From: Octopus vulgaris
Lineage: Eukaryota
Assembly (NCBI GenBank): GCA_951406725.2
Contig: OX597822.1
Coordinates: 101,370,001-101,434,000 of the forward strand
Direction: 5' to 3'
DNA length: 64,000 nt
The position numbers and the translations under genes were made by a program. Positions within the stretch are counted from its first letter, which is position 1. The number at the start of each line of letters is the position of its first letter. Shown piece after piece: positions 1-14,236 of the stretch. The notes under the pieces were generated by a model, which was not told where the DNA came from, made no database searches, and was given only the letters and a program-made list of their open reading frames with translations.

Positions 1-326
1 TACACACACATACACACACACGCACAATGCCTTTGTTTGGGTTCCTCCACTCATTGATTGAGTCTTTGTCGGTTTCATACAAGAAGAAAAAAGGAAATCA
101 AGTAATTAAATATATAAAATCAACCCTATAACAGGAATGGAATTTTATTGCTGAGTGTCATAGCGATGTTCGGTATGTTTTGCGTATATTTTAGACCTGC
201 TCAAGCCCATCTCTTTTCAGATCTGACCAAAGTCGACCAAAGTCGATTTCTTTTTGAAGAAAGTCAGGAACTGAGAGGAAGACAGAGAAGACTCGACACC
301 AGCACAGGAATGGTATTTTATTTATC

Positions 327-554
327 AGCGAGCTGGCAGAAACATTAGCACGCCGGGTGAAATGCGTAGCCGTATTTCGTCTGCCGTTACGTTCTGAGTT
401 CAAATTCCGCCGAGGTCGACTTTGCCTTTCATCCTTTCGGGGTCGATAAATTAAGAACCAGTTACGCGCTGGGGTCAGTATAATCGACTTAATCCGTTTG
501 TCTGTCCTTGTTTGCTCCCTCTGTGTTTATCCCCTTGTGGGTAGTAAAGAAATA
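327..554 (+). mobile_element. tRNA-headed SINE family A, near full length
   Basis: Head GCGAGCTGGCAGAA...GAGTTCAAATTCC (A/B boxes), central GCCTTTCATCCTTTCGGGGTCGATAAATTAAG (Meta-domain-like), tail ...GTAGTAAAGAAATA; 15-bp TSD GGTATTTTATTTATC at 312-326 and 555-569. Confidence 0.9.
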
Positions 555-774
555 GGTATTTTATTTATCGACAACGGAAAGATTGACAGCAAAGCTGACC
601 TGAGCAAGATCTGAACACAGAACGAAAGCTAACAGAATGATTACTGTAATCTAACTGACGTCCTCATGACTCTACCAACCAGCCACTTTAGGTCCTACAC
701 ACAAACTTTTTGGGTGTATATATATATGTCAAGCAGTAGTGAGGGACACACGCACACATTGGCGCACATACACA

Positions 775-1014
<240 letters not shown>

Positions 1015-1016
1015 GG

Positions 1017-1174
1017 ACGAGCTTTCATTCTCCGTCTAACAAATCCATTCACAAGACTCTGGGCGGCTCGAGGCTATGATAAAAGACATTCGCCGAAAGT
1101 GAAAGGGCCACGCAGTGGTACTGAATTCGGAGCCATATGGTTGGTAAGCAAACTTCTTACCACACAGCCGCACC
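1017..1174 (-). mobile_element. SINE family B, degraded 5' half
   Basis: Reverse complement matches the B head GGCTGTGTGGTAAG...ACCAACCA.ATGG. Confidence 0.75.
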
Positions 1175-3332
1175 TCTATCAAAGCCATAGCAGAGATTAA
1201 TATTTTTCTCTGGCAAAGTCACTTTTGTTATCCTGGATCAGGCCTAACAATATTGTGAACACAGGAGAAACTTCAGAATAGCGAGAGACTGGTTCGGCTA
1301 AATATAATATATGACGTAATATAATATGAAATAAATATGATATGAAATAAATATGATATGCATATATACGTGTGTGTGTGTTTGTGGGTGCGCGCGGAAG
1401 TTTGGCGCCAGTTTCCTGAGATAAACATACTCTTTATAAATTCATCATTTATAATTTACATCTGAAATACATTTTACCAATCCTGTGCAGTGATATCTCT
1501 TGAATCTATTCATGTTATTCTCCATAATGCCTTAACATCCTATACGACGACTGAAAATTATTGAGTAAGCACTTATTTAGATGCTTAATATATTTAAGTG
1601 GGGAATTAGTAATTGGTAATAGAGATGCTGCAGAAGAATCATGGAGACTATACGAAATTCCTAATTTGAATCCCGATCCAATGTGCACCTTAGGAGAACA
1701 ATTGTAGTGTACTTTCAAAATCTTCTAATGATTTTTCTTTTACACAAGGAAAGTTCCTTGAGTGTATGTAAGGCATCTTTCCCTTGTGAATGCTTACACT
1801 CTATATGATTTAATGTTGCTAAGATTTCAAAAGGGAGCCTTTTTGTAGATAGAATTTGTATGAGCCTACACCTGCTTGTCGGTTTCATATAAAAAGAAAA
1901 TAAATAAATGAATAAATGCAACCCTCTAACAGGAACGGAATTATATTATTGAATTAAGAATGCGTTACTCAAAGAACCCGTAAGTTACAAATAAATTAAG
2001 TTCTGTGTAGTGAGCACGTGTTTCTATGCTTGTGTTAAATACGATTTTTATTTTCCATATTAAATTATACAAGGATTGTCAAGTACTGCATCACATCCCG
2101 AATGTATTGCAGTATTTAGTTTCATCACTTTGTTCTGAGTTTGTCTCATTGTAGACCCTAATTCCTTTCATTCTGTCTTTTAGATAAGATAAGAACCTCT
2201 CAAGAATTTCTGTCCGTTTAATAAACTGTTATCTCATACATTCCTGGGTATGGCTTTAAACTGCATCCAATTGTGGAGCCCTGGTTCAAAAGTACCAAGG
2301 TTTTGAGTAGTGTGGAACCACCGCTTAGAATGTATTATTTTTATGTCTTCTCTGATCTGGAGCAGTAGCGCGTGTCAGAGTCCCAGCAACGGGTTAGTTA
2401 GCATACTATGGAAGAAAATCCAAGTACAAACCTTTTGCTGCTTTTTGAGAGCCTTGGGGAAGGAAAAGGCTAGGTGAGCCAAACATTGCAGCAAATCAAT
2501 GGGTAGAGTCCCACATGTGATTTGGTTGCCTCTTTGACACTCAGCAACTCCAGGGTAAGTGAATCTCTCTCGACTTGAAAGAAATTTCATCTCGGAGAAG
2601 GTCCTCTAATGTAAAACCTATAGTTTGCTAGCCACCGCAGTCGTCTTACATCACTGAGCCACTGGGGTTAGATCTCCAAGTCTAAAGGGTGGGAACAGAT
2701 TGCACGGACTGAATCTCACTTCAAAACTACGAACCACAAGCAGAGAGAAAAGCCATGTAGCGTCAAGGATCGTTTTACACAGCCATTCGAGGGTATACCG
2801 CTCTTTCTCGTGATCTTCAAACACGATGAAACTGACATTACATCTACAAAATGTGAAATAATTTGTCAATGTTTGAATTTCATATTAATTAATATAATCA
2901 CAGTAAATTGGCAAAAGCAATGTCGCGTCGGAGAAATGTTTTGTGAATTTTAGTTACTACGATTTACGCTCTGGTTTTAAGTCATCTGGCCAGAATCTAC
3001 CATTTTATCTTCCAGGATTGATAAAATATGAACAAAGGAAGTACTGGAGATAGAGACAAGTTAATTGATTATATTCACCCCATTAAAACTGAAGCTTTGT
3101 AAGAAATAAATATTCATAAGATTTTTGCTTCTAAACTAAAAAAAGATTCTATCTTTTTGTTATACATTCGAGATGCAAAGAAATGTGATATTATCTAATT
3201 TATTTACACTAAAACTGCTGATATAAGAAAGAGTGTACATAATCGATCAAACTGGTAGAAATAATAGCCCCCATCTGCCTCAATCTGCAAACAACTGCCT
3301 TTACAAATAAGTAAGTCCTTATTACATTCTAA

Positions 3333-3720
3333 GCGTAGGAGTGGTTGTGTGGTAAGTAGCTTGCTTACCAACCACATGGTTCCGGGTTCATTCCCACTGC
3401 GTGGAACCTTGGGCACGTGTCTTCTACTATAGCCTCGGGCCAACCAAAGCCTTGTGAGTGGATTCGGTAGACAGAAACTGAAAGAAGCCTGTCGTATATA
3501 TGTATATATGTGTGTGTGTGTGTATGTGTTTGTGTGTCTGTGTTTCTCCCCCAGCATCGCTTGACAACCGATGCTGATGTGTTTACGTCCCCGTAACATA
3601 GTGGTTCGGCAAAAGAGACCGATAGAATAAGTACTAGGCTGACAAAGAATAAATACTAAAGGGGTGCTCCAGCATTGCCGCAGTCAAATGACTGAAACAG
3701 GTAAAAGAGAGTAAAAGAGA
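3333..3720 (+). mobile_element. tRNA-headed SINE family B, full length, with internal (TA)/(TG) microsatellite
   Basis: GCGTAGGAGTGGTTGTGTGGTAAG...GGTTCA.TCCC head, CCTTGGGCA core, internal microsatellite, (GTAAAAGA)n tail; more than 15 copies in the window. Confidence 0.9.
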
Positions 3721-4099
3721 ATATAATATAGTCAGCGATAAACTATTTCTGAAACGAAAGAAGGCTCACAGAGGGGTTCTGATTACTGATCAACCGGAAA
3801 TTATTTCAGCCTAAACAATCGCAAGAATAACAGCAACGACATAAGCAATTCAGATTTTAAAACATATTTGTTTTGCAGCATAGAAATTTATTTATTTTAC
3901 TCTGTCAAAATTGTTAACAACGGTTTCCGTACATAACTCTGAATAAAAACAAAAGTACAACCATTTGATCTCTTACAACCACTTCCGTACAAAACTCTGA
4001 ATAAAGGCGAAAGGAAGTCTGTATCTAACGTTTCAAATCAGAACTGTGTACAGTTTGGTACATTATACTCCACCCAACAAATCATATTGAAAACCGTCA

Positions 4100-4187
4100 T
4101 CAGCATATATCAACCTCTAACCAACAGATCTCAGCATATATCAACCTCTAACCAACAGATCTCAGCATATATCAACCTCTAACCAAC
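4100..4187. repeat. Tandem repeat, about 3 x 31 bp (TCAGCATATATCAACCTCTAACCAACAGATC)
   Basis: Direct inspection. Confidence 0.9.
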
Positions 4188-4621
4188 AAGCATCTCTGCT
4201 TTTCCTACCGTACGTTGCAAACTCTTTTCCTCCAACTTGGTTGGCCATGTGTCGTATTTCCTACTCAGTCACCCCTTCTCTTCGCGTTACTCACATTATG
4301 TAAAGATAACATGGCCCTTGTTTATACTCTACACCCATTCATTCTAACAATGACTGCCATATTATATTTTTTCTTTTGGAAAATCAAATCTCATAGATCT
4401 ACAAGAGCATGCATTAATGTATTAGTTCAAAACTTTTTAAATTCGGAGAATCGTTCTCTCTCTCCATATATGTATGCATATACATATGTATACAACAACA
4501 ATTGAGGAACGGCCTCAATAGGCCGTTCGACCTACTAGAAAGAGCAGCCAGGACTCCAACCGCAAATAATAGTAATTCCGAAATTTAAGGAAAATTAAAA
4601 AACATTTACCCTATTCATATG

Positions 4622-4722
<101 letters not shown>

Positions 4723-6001
4723 CCAATGACAGAATCATTGTGCATTACCCTCCCCTCACTCCCACCTCACTGAAATGAGGCCCCGTTTGCTTGATCAACT
4801 GGTTATTATGTTTAATATTCCATATTGTATGTCTGTGTATATGTATGTAACCACGTAGTTTAAAGGTTGCTCTAGTTAATCTACGATCATTGTTAAAAGT
4901 AGTAACTTATCTAATTCCCTAGTGTCAGGTAATTACATATCAATGACAGACACCAGTCATATGTCTATTCCGGTTATATTTAAAAGTTCCGAGATATGAC
5001 TATTTTGTGTAATCTAACCGCACGTGTAATCTGACCAAGTTCTGTGTGAATTAATTGTTTTCAAATATTTATGTATTGGCTTCTAAACCGCCATGACATT
5101 TTGAAATAAGAAATTCAATCGGCTAAAATAGTATAGGATTAAACTAGTCGCGAATATATCGTGGCATTTCCTTTCTGGTTTTTCTTTATAGCTTTCCCAT
5201 CAATATTATATATATTAAGCTGGGATCTAGCTGCTGCTATTTCTTCACACTTGTTCGCGTAAATCTATTTTAGTGGTCTGTCATTCTAGAGGGTCTTAGT
5301 CATTAATTCTATGTTGGTAGTATGCAATATTAAGTAGGATGCATATGAAGGTGAGTATGATCAGCTAATATTTTTATGAGTTTCTCTATTTTTATTCCAC
5401 TACAACGTCGGGTTCTTGTTGTAGTGTAGTGACTTTCGTGTTTCAATGATTCTGAGAGCTATGCCAGAGGAGCGCAATTTCCTGGTAAGGTCTCCCATAC
5501 TGTACATGTCAAACGATAAAAGATAGACAAATACGGACCATCTAGAAGTAAAAATAATTTTGCCAAGGTCAAACAAAGCCTATCTAATAAAAACGAAAAG
5601 TTACAGAAGCATCGATGAAAATTCAAAATCAGCAAGACCTTGGAGAAAAAGGCCTCCCGTCATGTAAACATCTCGCCAGGGAGGAGAAAATTGGATGCCC
5701 TAAAATAGCTGGCGGTGGGATTTTAACGGAGAATTGGAAAGACAAATATTTAAATGAAGAGAATCAGAAAAAACAGTCCATAGTTGAGAACAGTGAAGAA
5801 AAGCCGTTGATGACCCAGACTCCATAGGGAGTGGAGGGCTTAAAAAAGAATATATTTTATTACCCAGAGCATTTTCTTTTACATATGTACAACATTATTT
5901 GAATAAAACAGCATACAAAAGATAGTGAATAGGATAATAAACTTCATTGGATAAATGACCGACAGAATTCTTTGAAAAACGTGAGTTTGTTCGTGGGTGT
6001 C

Positions 6002-6067
6002 AAAAACTGCTAGAACTTTCAGTAAAAACTGCTAGAACTTTCAGTAAAAACTGCTAGAACCTTCAGC
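6002..6067. repeat. Tandem repeat, 3 x 22 bp (AAAAACTGCTAGAACTTTCAGT)
   Basis: Direct inspection. Confidence 0.9.
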
Positions 6068-6469
6068 AGAATTATTTGGCGGGAAAATTTACATCCCTTA
6101 CTTTTAAGTCTATCACTATTTGATTAAACATCAGCTAATCAGATTTTTTTAATCCATCTTCACGTAGGCGTTAATGCCTTTCATGGTGACACAGTTAATA
6201 GCTGGCGTTCACCTTTTATAGCAATATAGTTGTGCCGTGGTTCTAAACAGGCAAATCACAGCAAAATGGTTAGCATTTTATTCATGATCATCTTATCTTT
6301 TTCGCTGGCACTATACAGAAGACCACATTGCGTCTTTTCTTTTCAAAGGCCAAATGGCGTGATTTGAGAATATTTGCTATTTTTTGCTCGGTGACGCACC
6401 ACGACGTAGAATTACTCGTTTCGACCCCATTGACACCTGGTTACTGTGCTTAGTAAACTGGTCTGCATA

Positions 6470-6772
6470 TCTTTATATATAAAACTAAAGTTGTGTGTGT
6501 GTCTGTCTACTCCGATTTAGATTCCTAACTACTCCCACATTTTGCGGTGCAGTTTAACTAAAAGCGGGTATCTTATAGTCGTGATTCATATCGAGCCCTT
6601 CTGGGTATTAGCGCGCGTCTACGATGAGTCTACAAATTTTAAATAAAATTACCATCATTTTCCCGCATTTTTAATGATTTTTGCTCGGTTTATACAAGGG
6701 AAGTAACTCTCTAAAAATGCTTATATAGTTATTTCCCTTACAAACCCGAGCAACACCGGGCGATACTGCTAG
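6470..6772 (+). mobile_element. Non-autonomous Helitron (about 300 bp)
   Basis: 5' A|TCTTTATATATAAAA, subterminal hairpin CCCG-AGCAACAC-CGGG, 3' CTAG|T; inserted between A and T with no TSD. Confidence 0.85.
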
Positions 6773-7598
6773 TATCTGTATATATTCTTTTATTTACCTA
6801 AAGCTGTGATTGAGTTAGTGTTTCAATAAGACGGAGTGAAAAATCGAGTTGAAATCACTTTTGTGTTGAAGATTTCAAAGCGGTTTCCTTAAAAATAAAA
6901 CACGTGGGATCAACTAATAAAATATATTCCCGCCTCCAGCTGAGAAGTTTAGCTTTTATATCGCACTTTAGAACTTCGATAACCCGTCGGCATAATACAA
7001 TGCAATTCCTTCTCTCTATTTACTTAGCAACACAACACAATTTTATGTCGTCATCGTTGAAGTAGTTAGTAATTCAAATATAAGTGAACAAACCCGCCCA
7101 CAGTCTATACATCCGGCTTGCTTTTCTTTTCCAATTGAACACGAAATGAGAACATGCCCAAAGAATATCGCGTACGTTGAGTTATATCCAAGACAAAAGA
7201 AAAGAGTCCATTTAAAAAACATGTCGAATTTCTGTCTACTCTCTCTCTCTCGCTCTTTCTCTCGCTCCCTCTCTCTTTCTCTCTCGTCAAATAATTCATC
7301 AGAACTAGAAGATTGCCATTGATTTAACGGTGCAACTCATTTCAAATACAGAGGTTAACGAGAATATTTGCAAATTTACAATTTAATCAGTGATGAGATT
7401 TTATTCAGTTTTATAACATGTAAATTTTATTGGAATATCATGAAAAAATAATTTCTTAAGAAACAAGAACGCAGAGTTAGAAAGTACTTTATTGTACTTT
7501 ATTGAGAGATATCGAAGTCGGAACGATGGAACACTGACTCGATGAGAAGCGTGCAGTCAACACGTTTCTGTAACGTAACTTCGTTTTCCTCTCTCTCC

Positions 7599-7632
<34 letters not shown>

Positions 7633-7665
7633 GACAGACACACACACACACACACACACACACAG

Positions 7666-7843
7666 AGGCGAAATGCTTAGCTGTATTTCGTCTGCCGTTA
7701 ATTCTGAGTTCAAATTCCGCCGAGGTGGACTTTGCCTTTCATTCTTTCGGGGTCGATAAATTAAGTACCAATTTTGTACTGGGGTCGATCTAATCGATTT
7801 GCCCACTTCCCAAAAAATTTCGGGCCTTATGCCTAGAGTAGAA
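7666..7843 (+). mobile_element. SINE family A variant with alternative tail
   Basis: A head and central domain, then the tail CCCAAAAAATTTCGGGCCTTATGCCTAGAGTAGAAA. Confidence 0.8.
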
Positions 7844-8045
7844 AACAATAATAATGTGTGTGTGTGTGTCTGTCTGTCTGTGAATGGGTGAGTGTGCTTG
7901 TGTGCTATATAGAATTAACAAAGTAATTATGTAAATAAAGAAATCTAATGAGTTTAAGAATGCCCAGTCTTCGTCCGCAACTATATTAATAGCTGTAACA
8001 GCTCGCAGAGAACGCAAACTACTTCTCAGCTAACCTTGTTAGTTT

Positions 8046-8502
8046 AGGAAAGTGAGAGTAGAGAGGCAAGTTTTGTCTAGCGAATGTTTCAAGAAAAGAT
8101 GGATGAATGTAGCAAGGATAGCACGTATGAATGACGAAGCCACTTTGAGCATAATCTTATGAACCCAGAAAATTTAAAACAGAGGGTTACCTACTTGCAA
8201 ACAAATGTGGTAACATGTAACATTATTGACCGAGGTTACCGTGGTCTTTTCCGTAGGTTTTTCTTTCCACGGATAAACCTTATCTATTACCCCCTTTACA
8301 CTTTACATCATGACACTGTGATACACGATCCCTATTGATCGTGTTTTTTTCTTTTCCTTTTTTTTTCTTCTTTCCCTTTTACGGTCACTTTTGATCGAAA
8401 ACCTACCCCACTTTTTCTTTTTTTCTCGCCTAAAAAGAAAAGCTCTACTTTGTAATCTGTCCCGTCTGTGTGCAGCCCTGTGTGGCTAATAAGGAAGCAT
8501 AT
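8046..8502 (+). mobile_element. 5'-truncated Tx1/L1-like LINE 3' end (ORF2 C-terminus plus 3' UTR)
   Basis: 8046-8162 reads RKVRVERQVLSSECFKKRWMNVARIARMNDEATLSIIL*; the UTR ends in a tail similar to the SINE A tail. Confidence 0.65.
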
Positions 8503-8889
8503 TTAAAAGTATATAAGTTGTCATGGTAGTGACAGAACTGGACAGCTGACATTCAGAGAGATATGCACAGCACTTGTGGATGAGCTAAGGTGTATTGCTT
8601 GATGTGCCTTATATTTCTGGTAAATTCACAATTTCAGACTCGCTGTGAACAATAAAGGAAGCGGCACACTGCAAGTTATTTTTCTTTGTGAGCAATTTCT
8701 GGTCTTGTTACACCTCTGACAGAGAAATTATGAATGAATCGCTACCCAACGCTTACAGAATAAAGTGTAGCCTATACCTCTTTATAGCATTTCTAGTAAA
8801 CTATGATCCAGCTAAACTAATGGGATTAATTCGCATAGCAAAATATGCGCTGACAAGACGAATTAATCAATTCCTAGCACATGACACAG

Positions 8890-8917
8890 TATGTATGTAT
8901 ATATTTATATTTGTATG

Positions 8918-8951
<34 letters not shown>

Positions 8952-9156
8952 TGTATGTATGTATGTATGTATGTATGTGTGTGTGTGTATGGATGTATGT
9001 ATGTATGAATGTATTTATGTATGTATGTATGTATGTATGTATGTATGTATGTGTGTGTGTATGTATGTATGTATGTATGTGTGTATGTATGTATGTGTGT
9101 GTGTATGTATGATGTATGTATGTATGTATGTATGTATGTACATATATGTACATACA
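8890..9156. repeat. (TATG)n microsatellite
   Basis: Direct inspection. Confidence 0.95.
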
Positions 9157-9485
9157 TGCCTCAGTAAAGCTGGACTCATGAGTCATCTTCGTAGTCATAA
9201 AGCGAGACAGATAAGTGACAACCTGGCCACTGGTGGTGGTGTTACACACCATACTAATCATATCTGTTGGGAATGTGTGTGGAAGAGAGTGTAAACAACA
9301 TGCTAGGGTACATGAAGCCCAGTTACAACTACAGCCGGCTATTACCGGTAAAGGTTTTAGTTGCCAATTCTGTACAAGACATTGTAGATCTTTAGCTGGG
9401 CTAAAATGTCACATTCGATCACAGCACCAATAACAGTTAAGCTTCGTGCAATGGCCATAGTCGATAACGAGGGGGCAGCCATCAT
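9157..9485 (+). mobile_element. RTE-clade LINE 3' end with C2H2-type zinc fingers
   Basis: CLSKAGLMSHLRSH and CQFCTRHCRSLAGLKCHIRSQH* match the RTE ORF2 C-terminal pattern; short 3' UTR follows. Confidence 0.65.
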
Positions 9486-9700
9486 GTACATAAATGTATA
9501 TATCATATCACATATTATTACGTTATATATATATATATATAAAAATATGTAAATGTAAGAGAGTGACCACTATGTGGTCTACTCTAGCACTAAAAATAGA
9601 TCCGCTACGGTTTAGCTACGAAGAATTGTTTCCGATGAAAGTTAGCACACCTATTAGCGTAAACGAGTAGGGCAAGTAAAAAATTTAAAAAATGCAGATT

Positions 9701-9779
9701 AATTCAGGACAATTGTTTCGCTATTAATAAATTATGTAATTTTACTCACATAACATATCTGTAGCTCCTCAGCTGAATT
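9701..9779 (-). ncRNA. Type I hammerhead ribozyme, canonical core
   Basis: Minus strand: AATTCAG CTGAGGA GCTA-(long loop)-TAGC GAAAC AATTGTC CTGAATT; 7-bp stem I, palindromic stem III, GUC cleavage triplet. Confidence 0.88.
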
Positions 9780-10014
9780 TGTCAAGAATACAATTTACTC
9801 AACCGCATGCCAGGTTTTACCATAACGATAAACACACATGTGGTTCAGTTGATTGCATTCGCCGTTATAATTCAAGTGCCCCTGCTAAAGCCAGCCAAAA
9901 TTCACGGAAACAGATACTACATCAAATATTAAATGTAGTGTAATTATAAGCCACTTGGTGTTAAATTGATGGTACTATTAAATTAGTAACCAATTTTCTC
10001 ACCCTTATTAGTTG

Positions 10015-10069
<55 letters not shown>

Positions 10070-10989
10070 TGTACCATATATTATTTCGTTATATATATAT
10101 GTATGTATGCATATACATACATATGTATCATATATATTATATGTTATATATGTATTATATATATGTTATATATATATATATATGTTACACACACAGACAC
10201 ACACACACACACACACATACGCACATATACATATATATATATATATATACACACACACGGCCCAAGTCGATCATGTAACTGCATATGCATACCGAGCTTT
10301 GGATAAAAAATTTTTCTAGTAAGACCAGCTATCGCTTTCGAGTCTTTTCTTTCTACACAAGACTCCTCTATATAAGTCTTCTCTTTCTATACAAACGATA
10401 TTTACCTAATGGAAAGGCAACCGACTTGACTTAAGCCGATGGAACTTGGCTTCAGTGTTAATACAAGTATTGCTATCAGATCGCAAAAGCAGGAACAGAT
10501 ATTGTAAAGATCTTGTAAACCCTATAAATATATCACCAATTCTCCATCTTGTATTGTTACATTCTGACCTGCCGCAGTATGCGACAAAGTCAAGTTATTT
10601 AAAATACGCTTTCTAGCAGGTCATATGACTGAATACTGAGTTGGAGACGTCAATTCTAAGACTTCTACCTGATTCCCTTAGATTAATCTACTCCAATACA
10701 ACATGCAAATTTATTAATCTTATTAGTTTGAAACATTGAATGAAAGGTTAGCTGTATTGAGGTTTTAGTAGTTTGAAAATAAAATTTCCTCATTTAATTG
10801 CGCAGTGACTTGCACAATAAAATTCGAATACAGTATTGCATCATCAGTAGTATTTAATAGCTATGTGATAGAAGCTGTGGATTAAGATGAGCCAGGTCCT
10901 CTAGTTAAAATAAATTATCTTCCCTTACGTTGTTAAAGGACTAGCATAAAACATATGAGCACCCATTAGTGTGGTCTGGGTTAAAGAAT

Positions 10990-11250
10990 AGTACCCAATG
11001 TTGTCGAAAACTAACGGAGGCAGGGAAAGTCGAGGCTTTTAATTTTCCTCTTGAATAGTTGCAGTTTGATGTCTGCAAGAAAATAAAGGAAGGAAAGTTG
11101 TGTAGATCTGATGTTCAAGGGAGGAAGAATTGGAAAAAAGTGGTTAGTGGAGGACTGGAGGAAGGTGGATATATATATAATATGGATAACCAGAAAATAA
11201 AATATGGTTGATATGAGAATGTCTGAGATGAGATGGCACGAAACCAGCTA
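10990..11250 (-). mobile_element. Degraded CR1/L2-like LINE 3' end
   Basis: Minus strand contains DIKLQLFKRKIKSLDF and an upstream frameshifted TNHF...FLP-like stretch. Confidence 0.45.
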
Positions 11251-12954
11251 GTTTCTTGCCTTCTTTATTTAATTCTGTAAGTTTATTCCCAGTCCTATGG
11301 AATCAATACTCGAAACGAGTTTGGCAAACGCCACAAAGTTGAAATAAGTTCTTGGCAAAACCGTATCTGTAACAATTCTGTTTTGAATCAAAGTTATATT
11401 CTACTTGAGTTGCTCTACTAATGCCCCTTGGGATTACTGGACCGTCATACAATCATCACATGCTCAATCATCTGTAAAATATGTCACGTTATGTTTTATT
11501 AAGAAATCAATTTACTCAATCTGCTGGACTAATCTGCAATAATTTATTTTGTATGCACAAGAGACCGGTTTGAGAAAGAGAATAATTATAAGAAACTTGA
11601 TCACATATGATCAGTAGTCAATATTAATGATCCTGCAAAATCGAAGACAGATTTGCGTTACGCGACGTGTCGAGATTTCAGTTAATTAGTCCCATTTAAG
11701 CACGCTATTGATACATAATAAGCGAACCAGAAAATTAAAACCTTAAACGATTTGTACTCGAAGCAAAAGACTACCGTAAAACAAAAAGAAAAAGAGGAAA
11801 ACAACGACATAGTTTTATGTTTAAAATAACAATGAAAATATTAAAAGATAGTGTTTTGTAAAACTGGTTACTTTTGACAAACAAGAAGTTAAATCTTTGG
11901 TTTTTTTTGTTGGTAATTTCAGTCGACAACAAATGTAGTGACACTTGAAATTTTGCGCCCAGAGCATAAAGAGAAAACTAATATTTGAATGCAGTGGGAG
12001 AGAAGCAAATACATCGTATGGCGCTTAGGACAGTAATCTCATTTTCAGCCAAATCATCAGCTTAAGGGGTTGTCTTTAATTCATAGTATGGCCGAAGAGA
12101 TATGAAAATACTTCACCCGAAATTTAAATACATTTGTTCGCTTCTACAAAGCAGAGATTTGCAATTAGAGCATCAGTTCACACTTATTTTTATTTGTCCT
12201 AGATCAATAACTTTTTTGCTTCCGTAACAAGGGGCAGGGGGTGAGAAGAATCATTTGAACATCTGAGAAAATACCTGGTGGTATTTCTTCGAGCATTTTA
12301 CGTTCTGAATGTAATTCCCTTCCTATGTCGACTTTGCATTTCATCCCTTCAGGGTTAATAAAACAGGAGAAAAGTCAAGTACTGCTATCAATGTTCCCTA
12401 ATTCTCTCCACGAAGAAATGCTGGCAATATGCCGAAATCAGAAGCAATTTTAGTATTGGTAATTCAGTATGGTAAACGCCATACATCACTCTCACTCATG
12501 CGTCAACTGATTTAATATTTCATTAGAAGAAACAAAATTTGTGATCATAACTTGAGGTTTTAGAACACAAAAGACAAATACATATTTTCATGTGTGTGCT
12601 AATTGCGAACAATTAAAAATTAGTTAAATGTCAATGTCTTGGTTGGAAACTCTTGAGGCCAAGAGTGACGGAATATAGACAGAAAATATGGCAGATATGA
12701 GTTCAGCTATTTAATCACTCAGCCTTTGCGATTGACTAAAGACGAAAAATAATAGAATATAAAATATATAAATAACAAATAATAAAAGTGTAAAAAACAA
12801 TAATCGTAAAAAATTAACAATTTTCAAAACTAAAGATTTCATGAGCAATATATAAGGAATTATAAGTGCAGAACCGTGTTACAAGACTCACAACAAGGTA
12901 AATGGAGCTTAACGTATATTGTTTAATAAATTACATACATTAATAAATACGTAT

Positions 12955-13026
<72 letters not shown>

Positions 13027-13338
13027 ATACATACATAAATACACACACACACACACACCTTCACACACATACAAATACATAATGTTCTTGGTATATAACT
13101 TCACATAAAGGCCCACATTAAAATATGTACATTATATTAATGCTTGATTTTATAAGGAAAAAAAAACAAAATAATTTAACATTAAACTAAAGGATGACTC
13201 TATAGAATATAAATTAATAGAGCAAATATTTATGAAAATTTATAAGGATGAGACTGACAAAGAATTTCAAGTTTCGTCGTATCAGCTATCTGGCGACGTC
13301 TTGCCAAGTCGGATACGTTCGAGTCTGTGAAGTGGAAC

Positions 13339-13495
13339 TTCTCTCCTTGTTTTTTTCTGTGTCCCTTTCTGTAGAAGAGCGTAGGGTCGAAACGTAAAAG
13401 ACTTTTTTTCTATTCCTGAACGTTATACTAATACATCTCTTTGTTTTGTACGCCACCTGTCTTCGTCTTTTGTTTTTTTTTTCGTAAACTCTCCC

Positions 13496-13498
<3 letters not shown>
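13339..13498 (+). mobile_element. Short hammerhead-bearing element family H2 (copy 1), ending at (TA)n
   Basis: CTTT CTGTAGA A GAGC GTAG GGTC GAAAC GTA AAAG at 13365-13400; near-identical copy at 21082-21240. Confidence 0.7.
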
Positions 13499-13564
<66 letters not shown>

Positions 13565-13577
13565 GTATGTATGTATT

Positions 13578-13655
<78 letters not shown>

Positions 13656-14236
13656 GATTATTACGAAGTAGCATAGCATTGCCTTTAATTCCTGTATATA
13701 TATATATATAGCTTCAGTTAGACCTATACATGTTTCTACTGCAAATTGCAATCCTACTATTATATATATATATATATATAATTGCAAAGGTAGAGAAAGA
13801 GAGAAAGTGAGGGAGAAGGAGAGACATACAGTCAGAGAGACAGACTGAGAAAGATAATCCTAATAGACATGGAATTAGTGTATTCAGCGTTTTATAAATG
13901 TCGGACTTACGAATAACCAACTTCCTAATTGGTTTGAATAGACTAAATCAAATGTGGTTCTTGTGTTTAGATCAAAATAAATTGATATTAATTTTATTCC
14001 CTTCCTTTAGCATTTACTTTTGAAGTATTTTCAAATTTCATTTATTGCTAAGTAATTTCGTAAGTCAAATTAACATTGTTCAGAAAGAATGTTGTTTAGA
14101 AACCGCTTATGAAGGAAATTTTAATCTGCGTGTCACATACAAAAACAAAAACAAAACAAAAAACTTGAATTGTAGAGATATAAGATATCAGAAAAGAAAT
14201 AGGCAACAGTAGTAGCTGTGTGGTAAGCATAGGCCC

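Noticed and set aside
2375-2869. Minus-strand ORFs with faint LINE RT resemblance
   Set aside because: No diagnostic motif could be verified by eye
10930-11073. Apparent minus-strand exon (ttcttgcag...gtaagg)
   Set aside because: The two frames I translated contain stops, and the sequence is better explained as a CR1-like LINE 3' end
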